Assembly: GCA_002269645.1 (NCBI GenBank)
Contig: NIVC01000209.1
Location: 159,619 to 223,618 of the forward strand
DNA length: 64,000 nucleotides
Reading direction: 5' to 3'
Origin: Macrostomum lignano
Lineage: Eukaryota
Position numbers and translations under genes: made by a program. Under the pieces are notes generated by a model. The model was not told the DNA's origin. It was given only the letters and a program-made list of their open reading frames with translations, and ran no database searches. Of this stretch, positions 24,628 to 62,293 are shown one piece after another. Position 1 is the first letter of the stretch. Every line of letters starts with the position of its first letter.

Positions 24628-25431
24628 TCATACATCGATTTTGCGTGCTTAAATGGTCTATGCACGAGTGTGCGCAGCGCACGAGTGCCATAGACCATTT
24701 AAGCACGCAAAATCGATGTATGAGTTGCATTGTATTACGTTGGCTTAATACTTTAGATGGCGCGTTAGATGCATGCTCAGTTAATTTGTCTTAACCATAG
24801 ACAAAAATGCGTGAAAGGCACGCAAGTTGATTGATTGAGTCGGCAATTGATCGAGAAGAGGAGGATCTTCTGGAGGCACTTTTCAAGAAGATACCTGACG
24901 AAGAAGCTGAACTACTTGAATTGGAACAGCTCGTTTCCGAAATCGAGGACACCGCTGCTAGTAAAAGTGTGACAAAGGCTACCGAATATTATGTCGGTAA
25001 GTTGCAGAGCTTCATGGAGAACCATCCGTCAGTTCAGCGTGATTTGGCGACTTCTACACCGCGCGAGATCGACAGTCTATTGCGATACTTCTATGGCTCA
25101 CTTCGCAAGAGGAATGGCGAATACTTTGCTCCAGCCACGTTGATTTGTATCCGAGCTGCGCTCTAACGGCATTTCATGTCGACAAGGCGAATCAATATTC
25201 TAACTGACGACGCATTCTATGCTTCCAATACGACACTGAAGTCAATGGGCAGAATCTTCATTGCCCGAGGCGGACGCGCCCGACACTTCCAATCGATCGA
25301 GCCTTTCCGTGCATTACACGCACGCGTTAGACGCACGCTTGTTGCCTTTACTCAGATAGAAAATTGCCATAGACACCTACATTAGACGCACAGTAAATCG
25401 TGCATCTAACGCGCGCCAGCGTGATACAATG
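24628..25431 (+). mobile_element. Crypton-like (tyrosine-recombinase/DUF3504-associated) element fragment with inverted repeats
   Basis: Frame 24831-25385 reads LLRYFYGSLRKRNGEYFAPATLICIRAAL*RHFMSTRRINILTDDAFYASNTTL with one in-frame stop, resembling the recalled Crypton/ZMYM/KCTD1-type region. Preceded by a perfect 35-bp inverted repeat and flanked by imperfect inverted repeats. Confidence 0.7.
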
Positions 25432-28400
25432 ACAATCGCCAAGAAGAAAGTGAAAAATTGTGCTAAGTTAGGTTGTTAAGGCAGTCAAATATTAACAGAG
25501 TTTAATAGTTATACTGCTGTTTTTCTTGGAATTCCGAACCGATTCTGGTTCTGGAATTGGTAATATATGAAAAGGCCCCTAGACGTGCACCGCGTACTCC
25601 ACCTCAAGTTGACACGTGATAGCTTCGAATGAGACGAAAGGGAGGTTTTACAAACACGAATTTTCCCTACGTCGAAAAGCACCTTCCTTTACAAGGCTCG
25701 GTCGAAACTTTTTATAATGAGCTAGGTCGAAATTTGACAAACGCAAAAAAGTACTGCATGGTTCTTGTTATATTAGTTTAAAATTAAAAAGCTATTGATA
25801 CTAAGAAAATAACAATATAATTATCTGATATAAGATAAACATATGGAGGGGCCTTAAGCCGATTTCACGAATCGGTTTAATGACAGTTGTGAGCTTCTTA
25901 GCTAAATAAAATTAATTCTAATATGCATGAAACTAGCAGTTTATTTAACTATACAACACATAAAAATTATACAACACTCATATTATAGATATTAAAGATT
26001 TTTATGCTTTAACATTCTGCCAGTTAAGTTTTTGTTAAACTATTCAGCTTAAATTTGAGTTTCGTTGTTTTTAACAATTCGGTAATTTCTAGGCCTGCCT
26101 TCAATTCACAACCTCAATTAAGTTGTATATGAAAGTGGAATGTTCGGCCTTACGTTACATAAACAACAAGCAATTGGATTTTTATTGTCTGCGATCTAAG
26201 ACTACTCAATTTACTGAAGCTATTTAAGCATCATTCGCCTTAGGCCTTCTTGCATGACTGGGCGACGGGCGTATAGCATAGGCCTAGGCATAGGCGATAG
26301 GCCTAGCTTCGTATTCCATGGCATAAGCACAAATTGAGTTTGAGCATAATAGGCCTAATTATTATTGATTATTGATTAGGCCCAGCAATTATATCTTACT
26401 GTTAATACTGACTTTTTACACTTATACGAGTAGACTCCTACAAGTTCTGGCTCTATAGGACTGTGTTTCACTTAGGCTTTTCATGCAGATTGGTTCCAGA
26501 ACCAGAATCGGTAGGAAAATGAAAAAACTTCGAACCCATTTTATGTTTGTCAGTCTTTACAATTTAATTTTGTCTTTCCTTGACTGTGTTTCCTCTTGGA
26601 TAGGCTTATGACAAAAAACAGAATCATAGCCTAATATAACAATACCGTCAATAGGTCTAGGCCTAATAAAAATTGACAATTTCAAATATATATTTACTAT
26701 TACAGTGTAAACATGACAATGGATAGATTGAGAAAACACAGTTCTAGAACCAACCAATTCTAAAAATGGAATAGACAATATAAAAAGCTTCTAAGTTCTA
26801 ACCAATTCTAGTTCTAGAATTAGTAATATAAAAAGCCTAACTATGATGAACCTCTTGGCTCTCTATTGATAATTACACTGTTGAGCTATCAAAATTATTA
26901 TTGGGGTTGGGGTTACTAACTTTTATTCTATTGTTGACACAAGATTATCACAGGATTTTTGGGGATTTTGGGAATTTCTTAGGATTTAGGGAGAATTAGG
27001 CAAATTCTACTACTAAAAAGAGTAGGGCCTAAGCCTGAGGTTGCTCCTAGTGGCATAATGTCTGAGTCTGAGTGGCAAGACACTGTCTATAATTCTATCA
27101 ACTAATATTAGTCCAAGGGAGGGCTATGCGATGAATCGGAGTTGCCTAGGAAACAAGGCGCATTAATGGGGAATTACAATAACTTAAATAGAGAATGCTG
27201 ACATAGAGGGTAATGCGCTTAATAGGGAAAGAGACAGGTCACAGTAGGGTACGCCTAATAAGGGACTAGAATTAGGAGGGGATTGGGCAGACAAAGAGTC
27301 TGGGTCTGGGCAGGGGAATTCACAGAATATCAATCTAGGCTCAAAGATCTGGAAATAAAGAAAGGCAGAATGCCTATTCAACAAAAAGGAGAAAAAGAGA
27401 GGCTGATTCACCTAGAGAAAGAAGGAAAGGCTGTATGCTCTTGGGAAAAAAGGGAGAGAGTGGGCAGAGACTGCATATCTCTAAATAAACAAGGCTGACT
27501 CAATGGCTATTTTTAGAACAAACTGTTCTTTTGGTACTAGGCCTGATAGTAAACCAGTACAAGTTGGTCTTTAATAGAAGCTTTCACACTTACATTTTAA
27601 ATAGTCAGGTTACTAAAAATAGTGGACAGTTTTAAACAAAATGTTTTCATTACAAAAGTTTTATCAAAGATATACACTAAGATTAGTAAATTTCTAGTAA
27701 AATAATCATTTAATATACATATTATCACTAATGATAAAAGTGATGGCAATTTACTTGTTAAAAAGACAGTAAGTACTAAAGATTCTCTTTATATGCACAG
27801 ATAATAGTCAATGAGGCAAAAGTTGATGGAATTTTAATATAAGGCTAGTTTTGAGAATAAAATGCTAATAAAAAGAATTAGGTATTTAATACAACAAATG
27901 ATTATAAAAGTGATGTAGCATGCAATAATAATAGTCTGTTACATAACTAACAATATGACTTACAACTGTATAATAGGGCGTATCTTTGTTGCTTTAAAAG
28001 TAATATTCACAATTTTAGTTCTTAAAAAAAGCAAGATTCAAGAAATCAACTTTTAAAGTGATATTTTCTTGTGAAGAAAAAAAATTAAGTACTGAAATAA
28101 TATTACTATTATTATTACTATTTAATTTAACTCAATAATTGGTACTTGTCTTAGTCATGAATTAGGCCTACCCTTGGGACTATAAATTAGATTGTGTGCT
28201 TAGTACTTGATAGGCCTACTTGAAAACAACCAAGCCAATCTTTACAAGTTTATGTCAGTTCAATCTGCCTTGTTTTGGTATAATATTGAACATCTCATTT
28301 TTTAGATAGTAGAAAGGTCTTGGTGACCTACTTTTATTATTTTCAATCATTTTATATTAAAAATTGTTTTATTTTAAATAGTTTAATGAACAAAAAAGAG

Positions 28401-28639
28401 AACTTGCCTATTAACTATGCCATAATTGACATTATTAACTATGCCATTGATAGATTTGTTAGTAGGTCTATCTGTTTATATTTACTTAGATAAATATCTC
28501 TGTCAATGTAAATCAAAAAGTTATACCAAGAGTATAGTTGTTTTCCTATGCATATACTAAGTTTGTAAAAGGGTTGTGTCAAAAGTTGGTAGACAAATCC
28601 TACTGCAATAAAAGCAAGCAGCTCTGAGTCTAAAACTTA

Positions 28640-29430
28640 GAGTTGCACTTTTCCATATAGTTTCCCTTCAGCTGCATACACTTGTCTTATCTCTTTGGCA
28701 GCTTGTTGATCCTGTCAGCAATGACTTCTGTGTGGGTCCTCAATACCCACTGGTGGATTGCACAACTCAGTTCAGACAAGCTGCTATAGTGCTTGCCACA
28801 TAATAGTTCTTTCATATTTGGAAACAATCAGTAGTTGCTAGGTGCTAGCCTCCACAAATGAGACAGATATGGCACCAGTTCAAAGCCAAAGTCTGGCAGC
28901 AAGCAGATTGTGGCAAGTGCATATGTGCTCCTGCATCTGCATATCTGCCAGCAGCTTTGGCAGCAAGCAAGCAATGAGCTGCATGTCATTCCTAACTACT
29001 TCAAGATGGTGTGATGAACACTTCAATTGAATGCCCTGGATGTCCTCAAGCTATAGCATCGTCACTGTCAATCAGCATCCAGTGCCTGCTTCCAGCTCAT
29101 GAAGAATGTCAGCCTGCCTCTTGCCTAAGTTGCCTTGCTTCAACAAAAACCAAATTTGCTCTGCATTTTATGAATTCGATTTTTTCCATAGTGGTCTGGC
29201 CACTAGCGAGTAGGTTGCAAAAGGGGCTGCTGTGAAGCATATAGTAGATTGTGGTGGCTGAGAATTGTAGAAGTTGCCTATCTACTGTGTCCTTAGGACC
29301 ATGAAATTGTGTTTTATTGGTGCCTTGTGGCATGGGGCTGTATGAGTTTGTTTGCAAACTTTTGTCACAACCCTCATAAGCCGTGATTTTCAAGAGCAAA
29401 CACAGAAGCCGCATCTGCAGATCACTCATT
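28640..29430 (-). pseudogene. Highly degraded mariner transposase remnant
   Basis: Minus-strand translation DFGFELVPYL..RLAPSNY*LFPNMKELLCGKHYSSLSELSCAIHQW..ADRINKLPKR*DKCMQLKGNYMEK matches the mariner C-terminus. Similarity fades towards 29430; no TIRs found. Confidence 0.75.
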
Positions 29431-29539
29431 TTATATTGTCAGAAAATCTTTTTGTTAACAATGGATTTCTTTATAGATTTTAAATGAATTCTTTAATCTG
29501 CTCACTTCAGCTTAGAACTCAGTTTTGTCCTAACGGGCA

Positions 29540-32302
29540 ATGCCAAGTATGCCATCTGTAGCCATGATGGACAATCAAATTCTTGATGTGTGGAAAAATA
29601 ATCTCAATATTGGCATGAAGAGGCTGCGGACTTTGGCCAAGAAGTATCACTATGTGGCTATTGTAAGTAGTATATTTACATTTCTCTAGTTAAGAGGTCG
29701 CCCATGGGACTGATGGAGCATACAGAATCTATTAATAAGTTCTCTGCTTTCTGCCACTCTAACAGGACACGGAATTTCCAGGCGTTATCGCCCGACCCTA
29801 TGGCACATTTGAGAACAACCAGGAGTACCAATACACCAACTTGAAGGCCAATGTAGACATGCTGAAGCCAATACAGATTGGTTTCTCATTTTTCGATGCC
29901 AACGGCGAATCGGCGGATCCTCTTTCTACTGTGCAGTTTAACTTCCTGTGGAATCAGGACAGCGAAGCGCACGCCCAGGACAGTATCGATTTGCTCAATC
30001 TGTCTGGCATCGATTTTGAAAAGCTTAAAGTTGAAGGCATCGATTCTGCCGAATTTGCTGAGCTGTTTATTAGCTCAGGATTGGTGTTGAATGATCAGGT
30101 GAGAGCGCTGTTTAACTATTTGTAGTACAACATCTACTATCAGAATTTGCGATATATTTACGACACATTCACCGACATTTACCGACAAGATTAGCGGCAC
30201 ATTTGCCTACAAGATTAGCGACACATTTACCGACAAGATTAGCGACACTTACCCTCAAGATTAGCGACACATTTACCGACAATATTAGCGACACTTACCC
30301 ACAAGATTAGCGACACATTTACCGACTATTGGCTACACATTCACCGACAAGATTAGCGACACATTTACAGGCAAGATTAGCGATAAATTTACCGACAAGA
30401 TTAGCGACACATTCACCGACAAGATTAGCGTCACATTTAACGACATCAGCGACAAAAAAGATTTACAAGATTAGCAACGCACTAATGCTCATTGTGTAGC
30501 TTTAAATTTTCCCCAGCATTAAGCAATCAAACCAAAAAGCTCTATATTTGTAACCAGGCATCACTTCCATTCCTCCCACGCCCTCAGATCACTTGGCTGT
30601 GCTTTCACTCGCCATTCGATTGGGCCTACGTTATGAAGCTGTGCACAGCCCAGCGCTGTATGCCGGCCTCTCTGCAAGAATTCACCGAAAGTCTCAGCTT
30701 ATTCTTTCCCAATATTGTCGACATTAAAGTGCTGATGAAACGGTGCAAAAATTTGAAGGGCGGCCTACAAGAGGTGGCCGATCAATTGGACGTGCCACGC
30801 ATTGGTTCTCAGCATCAAGCTGGCTCCGATGCTAAAATCACTGGAGACGCCTACTTTAAAATTATCGACGTAAGTTAGTCTGGCTTTGATGTTCTTTGAT
30901 CTTTGCTGCTATCATTTAATCTTTTTAGATTTTAACAGCCATTTTTTCATCTTACCGCCATTATTTCATCTCGCCGCCATCCTTTGATCTCACCGCCATC
31001 CTTTTGGTCTCACCACCATCCTTTGTTCTCACCGCCATCCTTTGATCTCACCGCCATCATTTTGATCTCACCAACATCCTTTGATCTCACCGCCATCATT
31101 TTGACCTTACCGCCATCCTTTGATCTCCGCTATCATTTTGATCTCACCAACATCCTTTGATCTCACCGCCATCATTTTGACCTTACCGCCATCCTTTGAT
31201 CTCACCGCTATCATTTTGATCTCACCAACATCCTTTGATCTCACCAACATCCTTTGATCTCACCGCCATCATTTTGACCTTACCGCCATCCTTTTGATCT
31301 CACCAACATCCTTTGTTCTCACCGCACCGCCATCTTTTGATCTCACCGCCATTATTTGAACCTATCGCCATCCTTTTGGTCTCACTGCCATCCTTTTGGT
31401 CTCACCGCCATCCTTTGATCTCACCGCTAGTCTTTTTTCTCACGGCTATCATTTTGATCTCACCAACATCCTTTGTTCTCACCGCACTGCCATACTTTGA
31501 TCTCACCGCACTGCCATACTTTGATCTCACCGCACTGCCATACTTTGATCTCACCGCACTGCCATACTTTGATCTCACCGCACTGCCATACTTTGATCTC
31601 ACCGCACTGCCATACTTTGATCTCACCGCACTGCCATACTTTGATCTCATCGCACTGCCATACTTTGATCTCACCGCACTGCCATACTTTGATCTCACCG
31701 CACTGCCATACTTTGATCTCACCGCCATCCTTTGATCTCACCGCCATCATTTTGATCTCACCAACATCATCCTTTGTTCTCACCACACCGCCATCTCCTT
31801 TGATCTCACCGCCATTATTTTGAACCCACCGTCATCCTTTTGGTCTCACCGCCATCCTTTTGATCTCACCGCTATCCGTTGATCTCACCCCACCGCCATA
31901 CTTTGATCCCACCGCAATCTTTTGTCTTTATTCTATTATCTACTATCTTTTGTCTATTACAAAAGACTTTTGTAATTGCCGCTCTACTTTGATCTCAGCG
32001 CCACTTTATAATTAATCTCAACCAACCGTCCCTCAATATCAATCCCGCCGCAGATGTACTTCGAAGGCAAGGTGGACACCAGTCTGGTTGGCTTAGTCTG
32101 GGGCCTGCACGAGAGCGGCAGCTCGACTGGCAACGGCATCAACTCCTGGGTGCCCACCACCGTTGCTTCGTCAATCGTCAGCGGTTACGACGGCTCCTCG
32201 TCCGGTGCGGGCGCCTTGAACGGCTCCGGCGCCGGCAGCGCCGCCTCCAGCCAGCCGAGCTCGCATCGGGCCAGCCCCGTGCCGGCCCAGGAGTCCAGCT
32301 GA
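29540..32302 (+). CDS. CNOT7: CAF1/POP2 family DEDDh deadenylase (CCR4-NOT subunit 7/8-like; 4 exons)
   Basis: Exons 29540-29662, 29766-30098, 30588-30869, 32054-32302, all phase 0 GT-AG. Motifs VAI|[57 protein letters not shown]. Confidence 0.95.
30170..30480. repeat. 24-bp minisatellite in CAF1 intron 2
   Basis: (TTTACCGACAAGATTAGCGACACA)n read directly. Confidence 0.9.
30940..31930. repeat. Variable-unit minisatellite with a homogeneous 24-bp core (CTCACCGCACTGCCATACTTTGAT)n in CAF1 intron 3
   Basis: Read directly. Confidence 0.92.
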
Positions 32303-33169
32303 ATAATTTAATAGCTTATTAACATAATATTAATAATACTGAAGCCATATTTATTTATCTACTAAAGCTTATGTTATTTGCAATGGCGCATGGCACGTGA
32401 ACAGTTGGCTGAATTTGCACGAGTAAAATAGTCCCTTTGAAAACGTTACCCGTGACCAGAATCGCAGAAGAATCATTGCAAACAGCTCATTAGTGACTCA
32501 AGCGATTCTGGGGCGACACTTTAATTGCGACTTTTTTTACGACTCAAACGGACAGTGAGAGAGGCGACTGTTAAATCACGAGCACATTACATAAATTGTA
32601 GAATTATAAAAAAAGTCGCAAAAAGCGCTTAACTTTCTACTAACTCAAGTAGACTAAGCAGAGTTGTTAGAAATGCGAAATGCGATTCTAAAAATTCATC
32701 AACTGACGCGGATGCGCTTTATAGACGCAACTCAGGGATTCTAGAGTCGTCTAGAGTCACTTCTTTGTTATTACTTTACCTGTGGGGCGACCGCAAGTGA
32801 CTCTGGGGCGTTTCTTGGCCTAGGAACCGTTTTCATCGGGATTATAATCCCCTATATAAGTCCCTATATTGGGTGTTGTTCACTTAGGTACTCTATTATT
32901 TTTGTTTGGATTCTAAACAAACACGTTGTACTTTAGTTTCTTCATTAATATACTATCATTAATTATAGTTCCAGCTCTCCTCACCTCTTATCACCTCTCC
33001 GCAGGTCATAATATTATTTTTAGAATAACTATATCTATTTTATAATAATATTTAAATAAAATCCTAATGATTACTTTAGCTTTAAAATGGTAGTCTAAAA
33101 TCACTGTTAAAGTGACTTACCCTAATTGTAAACCGCTTTGTAGAATGCCCTTTAAATCACCTTTTGTTG

Positions 33170-33485
33170 TTACTGAATCGCCCCTAAATCTTCTGTAAGA
33201 ATCGCCCCTGAATCGCCTGTAAGAATCGCCCCTAAATCTTCTGTAAGAATCGCCCCTAAATCTTCTGTAAGAATCGCCCCTGAATCGCCTGTAAGAATCG
33301 CCCCTAAATCTTCTGTAAGAATCGCCCCTAAATCTTCTGTAAGAATCGCCCCTAAATCTTCTGTAAGAATCGCCCCTAAATCTTCTGTAAGAATCGCCCC
33401 TAAATCTTCTGTAAGAATCGCCCCTGAATCGCCTGTAAGAATCGCCCCTGAATCGCCTGTAAGAATCGCCCCTGAATCGCCTAAA
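33170..33485. repeat. 24-bp minisatellite (AATCGCCCCTAAATCTTCTGTAAG)n
   Basis: Read directly. Confidence 0.93.
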
Positions 33486-34289
33486 TCTTTCTCCTGTTTT
33501 AGTCTAACCATCGGTTCTGAAGCTCGCTTCTCCTGTGCTGAATGTAAGCCGTAAAGTTTCTCAACTTATGTTCTGTTTAGGCAGCAGTAATACCGATAAG
33601 TGTCTGATTTCCTATTTAAATAGAAAAGTTCATATCTAGAAAGATTCTGATATTCGATCATTTTGCTAAGACTTCGGTTTTTTAATTTTTAGTTTCACAC
33701 TCTGTTTCGTTTGAAATTTTTATTCGCTGTTGTACTAATAAATATTTAATTCTCTCTAAGTTCAAAAGGTTCATGCTGCTTGTTCTGCCCTAAATGTACG
33801 TCTTAGTTATCCCAGGTTTCATTTACAATAAAAATTAGTTTCTAAAACAACTTTTCCCTCCAGTTGTCTCGTGTCCGCAACCGTTCGGTGTAATGCGTCA
33901 GTGTAAATAATATTATCAATTATAAATACGTAAATTTAACAATTTGTCAAGTGCATTCGTGAAGTATCTCTCGCTTGTCTTGTGCGCGTGTCTGCCTGGC
34001 TCTGTCCTGCAGACAGAATTTTGGTTTATATTTAATACATGTGTTTTCTGTAATCTAAGCAAGTAATACCATCGATGACTAATAGCAAAGTTTGTTTTGA
34101 TAAGTTTCTGCTTTTGTTTCAATTTATTTTTGTCTCGATCAAGTAAAACTGGCAAACATTAATTTGGCGTTTGTGCCATTCTCGCCAATTATTGCCAAAG
34201 GTACAGAGTATACATGCCTTACGATTGGAATTTAGGGCTGTTGTGTACATCCTGTGGGTGAGCGTCTGGCTCAGGTAGATTAATTAGAA

Positions 34290-37200
34290 TTCAAGTAGAC
34301 TCATTAGGATTTAGGAAGATTCAGGTAGACTCAGTGGAGTTCAGGTAGACTCATTAGAACTCGGGTAGACTCATTAGGATTCAGGTAGACTCATTGGAGT
34401 CCAGGTAGACTCAGTGGAGTTAAGGTAGACTCATTAGAACTCAGGTAGACTCATTAGGATTCAGGTAGACCAGACTCATTGGAGTCCAGGTAGACTCAGT
34501 GGAGTTCAGGTTGACTCATTAGAACTCAGGTAGACTCATTAGGATTCAGTCCGACTCATAAGGATTTAGGAAGATTCATTAGGATTCAGGTAGACTCATT
34601 AGATTCAAGTAGACTCATTAGAAATCAGTTAGACTCATTAGGATTTAGGAAGATTCAGGTAGACTCAGTGGAGTTCAGGTAGACTCATTAGAATTCAGGT
34701 AGACTCATCAGAATTCAGGTAGACTCATCAGAATTCAGGTAGACTCATCAGAATTCAGGTAGACTCATCAGAATTCAGGTAGACTCATCAGAATTCAGGT
34801 AGACTCATCAGAATTCAGGTAGACTCATCAGAATTCAGGTAGACTCATCAGAATTCAGGTAGACTCATCAGAATTCAGGTAGACTCATTAGAATTCAGGT
34901 AGACTCATCAGAATTCAGGTAGACTCATCAGAATTCAGGTAGACTCATTAGAATTCAGGTAGACTCATTAGAATTCAGGTAGACTCATCAGAATTCAGGT
35001 AGACTCATTAGAATTCAGGTAGACTCATCAGAATTCAGGTAGACTCATTAGAATTCAGGTAGACTCATCAGAATACAGGTAGACTCATCAGAATTCAGGT
35101 AGACTCATTAGAATTCAGGTAGACTCATCAGAATTCAGGTAGACTCATTAGAATTCAGGTAGACTCATCAGAATTCAGGTAGACTCATCAGAATTCAGGT
35201 AGACACATCAGAATTCAGGTAGACTCATTAGAATTCAGGTAGACTCATCAGAATTCAGGTAGACTCATCAGAATTCAGGTAGACTCATCAGAATTCAGGT
35301 AGACTCATTAGAATTCAGGTAGACTCATCAGAATTCAGGTAGACTCATCAGAATTCAGGTAGACTCATCAGAATTCAGGTAGACTCATCAGAATTCAGGT
35401 AGACTCATCAGAATTCAGGTAGACTCATCAGAATTCAGGTAGACTCATCAGAATTCAGGTAGACTCATCAGAATTCAGGTAGACTCATCAGAATTCAGGT
35501 AGACTCATCAGAATTCAGGTAGACTCATCAGAATTCAGGTAGACTCATTAGAATTCAGGTAGACTCATCAGAATTCAGGTAGACTCATCAGAATTCAGGT
35601 AGACTCATCAGAATTCAGGTAGACTCATCAGAATTCAGGTAGACTCATTAGAATTCAGGTAGACTCATCAGAATTCAGGTAGACTCATCAGAATTCAGGT
35701 AGACTCATCAGAATTCAGGTAGACTCATCAGAATTCAGGTAGACTCATTAGAATTCAGGTAGACTCATCAGAATTCAGGTAGACTCATCAGAATTCAGGT
35801 AGACTCATCAGAATTCAGGTAGACTCATCAGAATTCAGGTAGACTCATTAGAATTCAGGTAGACTCATCAGAATTCAGGTAGACTCATTAGAATTCAGGT
35901 AGACTCATTAGAATTCAGGTAGACTCATCAGAATTCAGGTAGACTCATTAGAATTCAGGTAGACTCATCAGAATTCAGGTAGACTCATTAGAATTCAGGT
36001 AGACTCATCAGAATTCAGGTAGACTCATTAGAATTCAGGTAGACTCATCAGAATTCAGGTAGACTCATCAGAATTCAGGTAGACTCATTAGAATTCAGGT
36101 AGACTCATCAGAATTCAGGTAGACTCATCAGAATTCAGGTAGACTCATCAGAATTCAGGTAGACTCATCAGAATTCAGGTAGACTCATCAGAATTCAGGT
36201 AGACACATCAGAATTCAGGTAGACTCATTAGAATTCAGGTAGACTCATCAGAATTCAGGTAGACTCATCAGAATTCAGGTAGACTCATCAGAATTCAGGT
36301 AGACTCATTAGAATTCAGGTAGACTCATCAGAATTCAGGTAGACTCATTAGAATTCAGGTAGACTCATCAGAATTCAGGTAGACTCATTAGAATTCAGGT
36401 AGACTCATCAGAATTCAGGTAGACTCATCAGAATACAGGTAGACTCATCAGAATTCAGGTAGACTCATTAGAATTCAGGTAGACTCATCAGAATTCAGGT
36501 AGACTCATCAGAATTCAGGTAGACTCATCAGAATTCAGGTAGACTCATCAGAATTCAGGTAGACTCATCAGAATTCAGGTAGACTCATTAGAATTCAGGT
36601 AGACTCATCAGAATTCAGGTAGACTCATCAGAATTCAGGTAGACTCATCAGAATTCAGGTAGACTCATCAGAATTCAGGTAGACTCATTAGAATTCAGGT
36701 AGACTCATCAGAATTCAGGTAGACTCATCAGAATTCAGGTAGACTCATTAGAATTCAGGTAGACTCATCAGAATTCAGGTAGACTCATTAGAATTCAGGT
36801 AGACTAATCAGAATTCAGGTAGACTCATCAGAATTCAGGTAGACTCATCAGAATTCAGGTAGACTCATCAGAATTCAGGTAGACTCATTAGAATTCAGGT
36901 AGACTCATCAGAATTCAGGTAGACTCATCAGAATTCAGGTAGACTCATCAGAATTCAGGTAGACTCATTAGAATTCAGGTAGACTCATTAGAATTCAGGT
37001 AGACTCATCAGAATTCAGGTAGACTCATTAGAATTCAGGTAGACTCATCAGAATTCAGGTAGACTCATCAGAATTCAGGTAGACTCATTAGAATTCAGGT
37101 AGACTCATTAGAATTCAGGTAGACTCATCAGAATTCAGGTAGACTCATTAGAATTCAGGTACTCATCAGAATTCAGGTAGACTCATCAGAATTCAGGTAG

Positions 37201-37540
37201 ACTCATCAGAATTCAGGTAGACTCATTAGAATTCAGGTAGACTCATCAGAATTCAGGTAGACTCATTAGAATTCAGGTAGACTCATCAGAATTCAGGTAG
37301 ACTCATTAGAATTCAGGTAGACTCATCAGAATTCAGGTAGACTCATCAGAATTCAGGTAGACTCATCAGAATTCAGGTAGACTCATCAGAATTCAGGTAG
37401 ACTCATTAGAATTCAGGTAGACTCATCAGAATTCAGGTAGACTCATCAGAATTCAGGTAGACTCATCAGAATTCAGGTAGACTCATCAGAATTCAGGTAG
37501 ACTCATTAGAATTCAGGTAGACTCATCAGAATTCAGGTAC
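34290..37540. repeat. About 3.2-kb array of a 20-bp unit (GAATTCAGGTAGACTCATCA/TA)n
   Basis: Read directly; degenerate for the first ~400 bp, then homogeneous, with an EcoRI site in nearly every unit. Confidence 0.98.
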
Positions 37541-38212
37541 ACTCTGAACTGTAAGGTAGCAGTTTAAATTTTCATCTCATCAATCTTACGCCATTTTAAA
37601 TTTTTAAATAAGCAATGGATTATGCACTAATTTAAATATCAGGTTTGCGTAATAAAAGTAATAAAATAATATGCACCCAGTCAATCAATATTTTTGAAAT
37701 TTAAATGAATCCGTTTATAATAGAAATGTTGAATTTTTAATCACATGCAATGGTTAGCATACAGGTTAGGAGTTTATTATTAACTTAACCATAATAATAT
37801 AAAAACAGAAACCTCAAGCTGGAATACACAGTCGAGAAAAATATTCGAATTTGTATAAAAAATATAACTTATTGGTCGTGTAAAATACTACATTAGGTAC
37901 ATTAGTATTAGGTGTTGCAATGGTTTGGTTCGGGTCAGTCAAATCCAAGACTCCCGAGTGTACGAGGAAAACTAGCAGTGTAGAATTTTTGCAATTGTTT
38001 AATTCTTGAGTTAGCGCACACTATCAATAGGAGGGACTTGCTAAATATGTCTATTAAGTTTAGCCGTTTCAACAGCATCTACAACTAAATATGTAAATTT
38101 GGGGTTATTTATACTGCAAAACAATAAACATGCTACGTGTCTGTTACAAGTTCAACTGTTTTACATTAGAAAGTTTTTCATATCTCGCAGTGGAAATGTC
38201 TCAATTAAACTT

Positions 38213-62293
<24,081 letters not shown>

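Noticed and set aside
25538-26512. 19-bp inverted repeat pair (ACCGATTCTGGTTCTGGAA) about 975 bp apart
   Set aside because: No target-site duplication, recognisable TIR end or internal coding signal.
32495-33485. GCGATTCTGGGGCGA motif inverted relative to the 24-bp array
   Set aside because: Could be subterminal repeats of a DNA transposon, but no ends could be defined.
34290-37540. Regular short repeats as a possible CRISPR array
   Set aside because: No unique spacers and a eukaryotic context; it is a head-to-tail satellite.
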